From positions 31,477-95,476 of the IMG/VR virus record IMGVR_UViG_3300035698_011578: a DNA stretch of 64,000 nucleotides, one strand, 5' to 3'. A model generated the notes under the pieces. That model did not search any database, was not told the origin of the DNA, and was given only the letters and a program-made list of their open reading frames with translations. Source of the DNA: a virus. The position numbers were made by a program, and so were the translations under genes. Positions 58,306-64,000 of this stretch are shown piece by piece (the stretch's first letter is position 1; every line of letters starts with the position of its first letter).

Positions 58306-60450
58306 ATGAAAAACAACGAGTATCTAAAAAATCTACCAGATGTTAAAGCATCAATTAACAGTGATGATGAACCAGACAGTGATGATAGAGATTTTAAAAT
58401 ACCTAAGAACTCTAAATCTAAAACACCAGTTTTAGATACATATAGTCGTGATTTGACTAAAATGGCAGAAGAGGGTAAATTAGACACAATCGTGGGTCGT
58501 GGAAAAGAAATCGAAAGAGTATCACAGATACTTTCTCGTAGAAAGAAGAATAATCCAATTTTAATTGGTGAACCTGGTGTTGGTAAATCTTCTATTGCAG
58601 AAGGCTTAGCAAGTAGAATCGTTGAAAGAAAAGTTAGCCGTGCTCTTTTTGGGAAAAGAATCGTACTTCTTGATTTAGCAGCTATGGTAGCTGGTACAAA
58701 ATATCGTGGTCAGTTTGAAGAAAGAGTTAAATCATTAATGAATGAATTAGAGAATGAAAGGGACGTTATTCTTTTCATCGACGAAATTCATACTATAATT
58801 GGTGCCGGTGGTGCATCTGGGTCATTGGACGCATCTAATATGTTCAAACCAGCTCTCTCAAGAGGAGAGTTACAAATTATCGGTGCGACAACACTAGACG
58901 AGTATAGAAAACATATCGAAAAAGATGGTGCATTGGAAAGACGTTTCCAAAAAGTTCTAATCGAACCTACAAGTGAGGAAGAATCCATTGAAATTCTTAA
59001 TAACATAAAAGATAGATATGAAGAACATCACAATGTAAATTATACCGATGATGCAATTACTGCTTGTGTTGAGTTGACAAGTAGATACATGGCAGATAGG
59101 TTTTTACCGGACAAAGCTATTGATGCATTGGATGAAGCAGGTGCTAGAGTACATATTAGTAATATAGTTGTACCTAAGGAGATTACTGATATTGAAAAAA
59201 AGATTGTTGAGATTAAAGAAACAAAGACTAATGTAATTCGTGCTCAAAAATATGAAGAAGCAGCAAGACTTCGTGATGTAGAGAAAGAATTAAATATCAA
59301 TCTAGCATTAGCTAGAGAGAAGTGGGAAGACGATTCGAAAAATAATCGACAAACTGTTTCAGAAGAAGATGTTGCTAGTGTAGTTTCTATGATAACAGGA
59401 ATACCTGTTTCTAAAGTTAATCAGAACGAGAATGAGAAACTATCTAAAATGTTTACGGGGATTTCTACTAACATCGTCGGCCAGGATGAAGCTGTTAAAA
59501 AAGTTGTTAAAGCTATACAGCGAGGGCGTGTTGGTATGAAAGACCCAAACAAACCAGTCTTTTCAGGTATCTTAATAGGAAATAGTGGAGTTGGTAAAAC
59601 TGAATTAGCTAAACAAATTGCTAAGTATATGTTTGATGATGAAGATGCTTTGATTAGATTAGATATGTCAGAATATATGGAGAAAATCTCTTTAACTAGA
59701 ATTCAAGGTGCTGCACCTGGGTATGTTGGTTATGAAGATGCTAACTTTCTTGATAAAATTAAAAGAAAGCCATATTCAGTAGTTCTCTTTGATGAAATCG
59801 AAAAAGCACACACTGATATTTTCAATATCTTTTTACAGATGCTTGATGATGGGGTAGTAACTGATTCACACGGTAGAAAGATATCATTCAAAAATTGTGT
59901 TATCTTAATGACTTCAAATGTTGGGACCAAATTAATCAAAGACTTTGGAAGTGGTATTGGGTTTAGCACTAAAGCTAAATTAGAACGTAAAGATGATGAT
60001 AACAAATCTATTTTAGAGAAGGAACTAAAAAAGAAATTTGCACCCGAATTCATCAATCGTTTAGATGAGATTATTTATTTCAAAGACCTTGGACGTGAGG
60101 AAATTTTAAAGATTGTTGATTTAGAATTAGCTAAAACGACTAAGAGAGCAACACAAATTGGGTTTAACCTAACAGTAACAAAACAACTAAAAGAACACTT
60201 AGTTGATGTAGGATTTGATCCAAAATTTGGAGCAAGACCATTGAAAAGAGCAATTCAAAGATGGGTTGATGATTATGTGACTGAATTTATATTGGAGCAT
60301 TCACCTAAAGAAGGTTCTAAATTAAAGATTACTTATGATAAAGAGAAAGATCTATCAGTTGTCTCTTTAGTAAAAGTAAGAAGAGTTGCTAAGAAGAAGA
60401 AAGAAGATGACATTGTTCAAAATGATTTACCAGAAGATTTGAAATCATAA
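58306..60450 (+). CDS. clpC: ClpC-family double AAA+ ATPase without N-domain
   Basis: GEPGVGKS, AGTKYRGQFEER, UVR-like QKYEEAARLRD, GNSGVGKT, GARPLKR. Confidence 0.85.
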   Translation: MKNNEYLKNLPDVKASINSDDEPDSDDRDFKIPKNSKSKTPVLDTYSRDLTKMAEEGKLDTIVGRGKEIERVSQILSRRKKNNPILIGEPGVGKSSIAEGLASRIVERKVSRALFGKRIVLLDLAAMVAGTKYRGQFEERVKSLMNELENERDVILFIDEIHTIIGAGGASGSLDASNMFKPALSRGELQIIGATTLDEYRKHIEKDGALERRFQKVLIEPTSEEESIEILNNIKDRYEEHHNVNYTDDAITACVELTSRYMADRFLPDKAIDALDEAGARVHISNIVVPKEITDIEKKIVEIKETKTNVIRAQKYEEAARLRDVEKELNINLALAREKWEDDSKNNRQTVSEEDVASVVSMITGIPVSKVNQNENEKLSKMFTGISTNIVGQDEAVKKVVKAIQRGRVGMKDPNKPVFSGILIGNSGVGKTELAKQIAKYMFDDEDALIRLDMSEYMEKISLTRIQGAAPGYVGYEDANFLDKIKRKPYSVVLFDEIEKAHTDIFNIFLQMLDDGVVTDSHGRKISFKNCVILMTSNVGTKLIKDFGSGIGFSTKAKLERKDDDNKSILEKELKKKFAPEFINRLDEIIYFKDLGREEILKIVDLELAKTTKRATQIGFNLTVTKQLKEHLVDVGFDPKFGARPLKRAIQRWVDDYVTEFILEHSPKEGSKLKITYDKEKDLSVVSLVKVRRVAKKKKEDDIVQNDLPEDLKS

Positions 60451-60718
60451 ACACCACCATATTTTGAAATATTGGAGCATGACCGGAAAGCGAGTTAGTT
60501 TTACTACGACTCGCTTTTCTTATTTTATCAGCATTCAATACTGTATTCATTTCATCTGGAAATTCATTAAAATATTTTATCATAGCCTGTATGTTATCAT
60601 CTTCTGATAATTCTTTATCCCACAGATCAGGTAGATTATATTTATTGATATCAACATAATCTTTAACCACTTTATCAAGACCAGGATCAAATTCATTCCA
60701 TTCTTTTATAAATTCCAT
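60389..60718 (-). CDS. Hypothetical protein with MEFIKEWNEF motif
   Basis: 109-aa ORF. Confidence 0.6.
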   Translation of the reverse strand: MEFIKEWNEFDPGLDKVVKDYVDINKYNLPDLWDKELSEDDNIQAMIKYFNEFPDEMNTVLNADKIRKASRSKTNSLSGHAPIFQNMVVFMISNLLVNHFEQCHLLSSS

Positions 60719-60751
60719 ATAAACTATATATTAATTTCCAATATAATTAAT

Positions 60752-61111
60752 ATGGAAGAAAATACGAAATTAAGACCACCAGAAGCTCCATTAGGTAGAG
60801 TTTACCGAGAGGGTGGAAGTAGATATCATTGTAACAACTGTGGTTCAACAATGACAAGAAATGGCTTTCTAAGACTATTTGGTGAATATTTATGTGATAA
60901 CAAGAAATGTGCTATTAATTTTAAATATTTAGAACCTGTTTTCGATAAAGAATTCCAAACCACTAACTTACTCAATGATACAATAATACATATGTGGCAC
61001 CAGAGAGAAAGATGGTCGAAAAATGTTGTATCAACTGCACATACTATGCCAAATAAAGATAGATTTGATGGTATGGTTACCAAAATAAATAAAATTTTAG
61101 ATAATGAATAA
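60752..61111 (+). CDS. Hypothetical Cys-motif protein
   Basis: CNNCGS...CDNKKC. Confidence 0.6.
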   Translation: MEENTKLRPPEAPLGRVYREGGSRYHCNNCGSTMTRNGFLRLFGEYLCDNKKCAINFKYLEPVFDKEFQTTNLLNDTIIHMWHQRERWSKNVVSTAHTMPNKDRFDGMVTKINKILDNE

Positions 61112-61811
61112 AAAGGATATATTAGTATGTATTACTAATCATAACAGTAATGAAAATGCTATCAAATTAAAAGAAGAATTCTCCAAATATTTTGACACTA
61201 TTATAATTGATTCTAAATCAGATACGATAGAAGAGGAGTTTGATGTTAAGATAGATAACTTATTTTACACCGGACTATTCAATGAAAGTATTAAACAAAC
61301 TAAATTGAGAGGCAAAAAATATTGTTATTTCATAGCATCTGATGTGTTTATAGAGGATTATGAAAAAATACCATCTATTATAGAAACATTGGGTGATGAT
61401 ATTTATCTTTGGGCACCAAGTACCAGAGGACAATCGCACACCCATTGTAAAAATGCTAAATCAGGTAATTATAGAGAGGTTCCATACTTAGAAGGTTTTA
61501 CATTCCTAGCACATATAAATTTGTGTGATGGTGTATATCCTGTTTCTTTGAAAGAAAACTTATATGGATATGGTATTGATTTAACACTGGGTTATACCTG
61601 TATTAAAAAAATGAGGAAGAAGTGTGTTGTTGATGATAGAGTTGAAGTATATCATAAAGAAGGAACTGGTTATGACCAAGGAAAAGCTTTAAATGATATG
61701 TATAAATGGATGATATCATCAAGAGATGATAATTTCAAATATTACACATTTCTATACAGTAGGTCACCTGGTTGGGTAAAACTATTAGAGTTTCTTAAAA
61801 ATAATATATAA
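61104..61811 (+). CDS. Glycosyltransferase-like protein (GT-A)
   Basis: ITNHN, IIDS, ASDV, YGID, VVDD...H. Confidence 0.6.
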   Translation: MNKKDILVCITNHNSNENAIKLKEEFSKYFDTIIIDSKSDTIEEEFDVKIDNLFYTGLFNESIKQTKLRGKKYCYFIASDVFIEDYEKIPSIIETLGDDIYLWAPSTRGQSHTHCKNAKSGNYREVPYLEGFTFLAHINLCDGVYPVSLKENLYGYGIDLTLGYTCIKKMRKKCVVDDRVEVYHKEGTGYDQGKALNDMYKWMISSRDDNFKYYTFLYSRSPGWVKLLEFLKNNI

Positions 61812-61814
61812 ATA

Positions 61815-62546
61815 GTGAAATTAGCAATTATAACACCAACATATAGAAAGTTAGATGGGTCAACATATACACACTTACGAAATGCATTAGAATCTATTAA
61901 GAATCAAACACACCAGGATTATAAATTATTTTTAATTGGTGATGATTATACCGATAATGATGAATTGATGGAACTATCAAAAATAATCACATCAGAAAAA
62001 ATATATGTTGAGAATTTACCAGTAGCAATTGAACGTTTAAAATTTATTGAAGGTGCATATTCTAAATTTGACTTATGGAGAACCGGTGGGGTAAATGCGA
62101 TGAATACTGCGATTATAAAAGCACTCGAAGAAGGTTATGAATATATCTGTCACTTAGATCATGATGATTTGTTTTTAGAAAATCATTTAGAGATAATATC
62201 AGAGTGTATAGAGAAAACCGGGTCAAATTTTATTACTACAAAATGTGGTTGTTATCCAAATATCACACCTGTTAAGTATTACACCAACTATAGACCTGTT
62301 CCTTCTAGATTATATAAAGTTGGTTGCTGTGTGAACCACAAATATTTTGAGAATATTTTATTCAAAAATTTGATAGAAGAAGAAGGAAGGTCATATGCCG
62401 CGGATGCCGACTTATGGATTCGGATTAGTAAAATTTTATCAAATAAAAATGAGTATGGGATATTTATAAATGAAACAACTTGTAGACATATAAATGGTGG
62501 TATTACATTAAATAAACCAGAAATAATAAAAGAAAAAGAAAAATAA
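61815..62546 (+). CDS. Glycosyltransferase family 2
   Basis: IITPTY, SIKNQT, IGDD, HLDHDD, DADLW. Confidence 0.85.
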   Translation: MKLAIITPTYRKLDGSTYTHLRNALESIKNQTHQDYKLFLIGDDYTDNDELMELSKIITSEKIYVENLPVAIERLKFIEGAYSKFDLWRTGGVNAMNTAIIKALEEGYEYICHLDHDDLFLENHLEIISECIEKTGSNFITTKCGCYPNITPVKYYTNYRPVPSRLYKVGCCVNHKYFENILFKNLIEEEGRSYAADADLWIRISKILSNKNEYGIFINETTCRHINGGITLNKPEIIKEKEK

Positions 62547-62547
62547 T

Positions 62548-63180
62548 ATGGCAAATGGAGTTTATAAAATAACAGAAGATTTTGAAAATGAGGTTGGTAG
62601 GTACACTGGGGCACCTTATGTAATCACAGTCGATAATATGAGCAATGCTTTATTTTTATCACTAATGTATGAGGGTGTTAAAGGTAAGGAAATAACAATA
62701 CCTTCCAGAACTTACCCATCTGTACCATGTGAAATAATTCACGCAGGTGCAAAAGTTAAATTCAAAACAACAAAGGGAGAAACATTAAAAGGTGCTTATC
62801 AATTAGAAGGCACAAGAACATGGGATTCCGCACTAAGATTCACACACAATATGTATATACCTAACACATTCATGTGTGTTAGTTTCACTGGTCCATACAA
62901 ACACTTGAAACTAAGTAAAGGTGGGGCAATATTAACAGATGATTATGAGGCTATGCTTTGGTTAAAACGTGCTAGGTTTTCTGGTAGAAGAGAGTGTTCA
63001 TACCATACTGATAATTTTGATATGATAGGATGGAATATGTATATGATGCCAGAACTTGCAGCTAGAGGCTTATTAATGATGAGTCAATTTTATGATAATA
63101 TCACAAACAAACCAAAGGAAATAGCAGATTTAGAATTACCATACCCAGATTTATCAAAATTTGAAATATATAAAAGTTAA
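62548..63180 (+). CDS. DegT/DnrJ-family PLP sugar aminotransferase (short)
   Basis: DFENEV..YTG, DSA, SFTGPYKHL..KGGAILTDD, GWNMYM. Confidence 0.75.
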   Translation: MANGVYKITEDFENEVGRYTGAPYVITVDNMSNALFLSLMYEGVKGKEITIPSRTYPSVPCEIIHAGAKVKFKTTKGETLKGAYQLEGTRTWDSALRFTHNMYIPNTFMCVSFTGPYKHLKLSKGGAILTDDYEAMLWLKRARFSGRRECSYHTDNFDMIGWNMYMMPELAARGLLMMSQFYDNITNKPKEIADLELPYPDLSKFEIYKS

Positions 63181-63181
63181 A

Positions 63182-63754
63182 ATGAAAAGAGCATTAATAG
63201 GAGCAAGTGGTCATGCAAGAGAGGTCAACTCACAAATGGGTAATAAACTACCAATGTTTGTCGATGATGAATACTCAACAAGTGAGACACAACCAATATC
63301 AAAATTAGATTTCAATGAGTATGAAATAATGGTTGCCGTTGCAAACCCAATCGATAGGGAAAGAATTATAGAAAGGTTGCCAAAAAATGCAGTCTTTTTT
63401 ACATATATTCACCCAACGGCTTTAATATTAGGAAATATTGAGATACCTGAAGGGTGTTTCGTTGGTGCATATTCTATAATAACCTGTGATATTAAAATAG
63501 GCAAACATTCTATTCTAAACAGAATGTGTCAAATAGGACATGATTGTATTATTGGTGATTACCTTAGTATGATGCCTGGATCTATTATTTCGGGTAATTG
63601 TGATATTGGTACTTGTTTTTATATAGGGAATAATTCAAGTGTTAAGGAAAAAATCAAAATTTGTAATGATGTAACAATAGGTTTATTGAGTGGTGTAGTC
63701 AAAAATATTGAAGAACCAGGAATTTATATAGGAACACCATGTGTGAGAATTTAA
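63182..63754 (+). CDS. NeuD/PglD-like sugar acetyltransferase
   Basis: IGASGHAREV, IHPTA, hexapeptide repeats, IGHDC, GTP. Confidence 0.85.
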   Translation: MKRALIGASGHAREVNSQMGNKLPMFVDDEYSTSETQPISKLDFNEYEIMVAVANPIDRERIIERLPKNAVFFTYIHPTALILGNIEIPEGCFVGAYSIITCDIKIGKHSILNRMCQIGHDCIIGDYLSMMPGSIISGNCDIGTCFYIGNNSSVKEKIKICNDVTIGLLSGVVKNIEEPGIYIGTPCVRI

Positions 63755-64000
63755 TAATCTAAAACATTCTTGAGCTCTATTATAAAATCAGTATCTATTC
63801 TCATAAGAGTTTTTTTATCAAAAGTATAATTATTTTTCTCCAAAGTTAAATAATGACCACCTTTAGATCTACTCAATCCTTGATCCCACGCTTTTCTGCG
63901 TCTGTTTAATGTTTCATGTAATCTAGATTCACCACGAGTGCCTCCATAATTTATAAAAAACCCATAATTAAAAGGATTCAAATTATCCCTTATTAAGAAA

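Noticed and set aside
1-64000. CRISPR array or rRNA genes
   Set aside because: No regularly spaced repeat-spacer units or rRNA-like sequence seen

Overview
AT-rich, gene-dense segment of a large (jumbo-type) phage genome in the standard genetic code, with a probable Bacteroidota host: Bacteroidota-type TTTG...TAnnTTTG promoters recur, and a second TTTTAATATATA motif looks like a phage late promoter. It encodes nucleotide and cofactor genes (tdk, class II ribonucleotide reductase, split coaC/coaB), two Clp ATPases, an amidase, an RNA ligase and PNK-like kinase, cyclase/CYTH/GGDEF-like proteins, sugar-modification genes, five homing-type endonucleases, about 32 tRNA or tRNA-like genes in five loci, and many small ORFs sharing an N-terminal M-K-H/Y-I-K-x-F-x-E motif. 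The main discovery is that four tRNA operons each sit behind an unannotated short leader ORF and an intrinsic terminator. The leader codons match the amino acids of the downstream tRNAs (Gly/Ala/Ile-ATA; Tyr/Glu; Asn/Leu/Arg/Val/Ile/Cys/Thr/Met; Gln/Pro/Asp), and three leaders carry a clear antiterminator segment. This is the architecture of ribosome-mediated attenuation, applied here to phage tRNA supply. All calls were made by eye; tRNA ends are approximate to a few nt.
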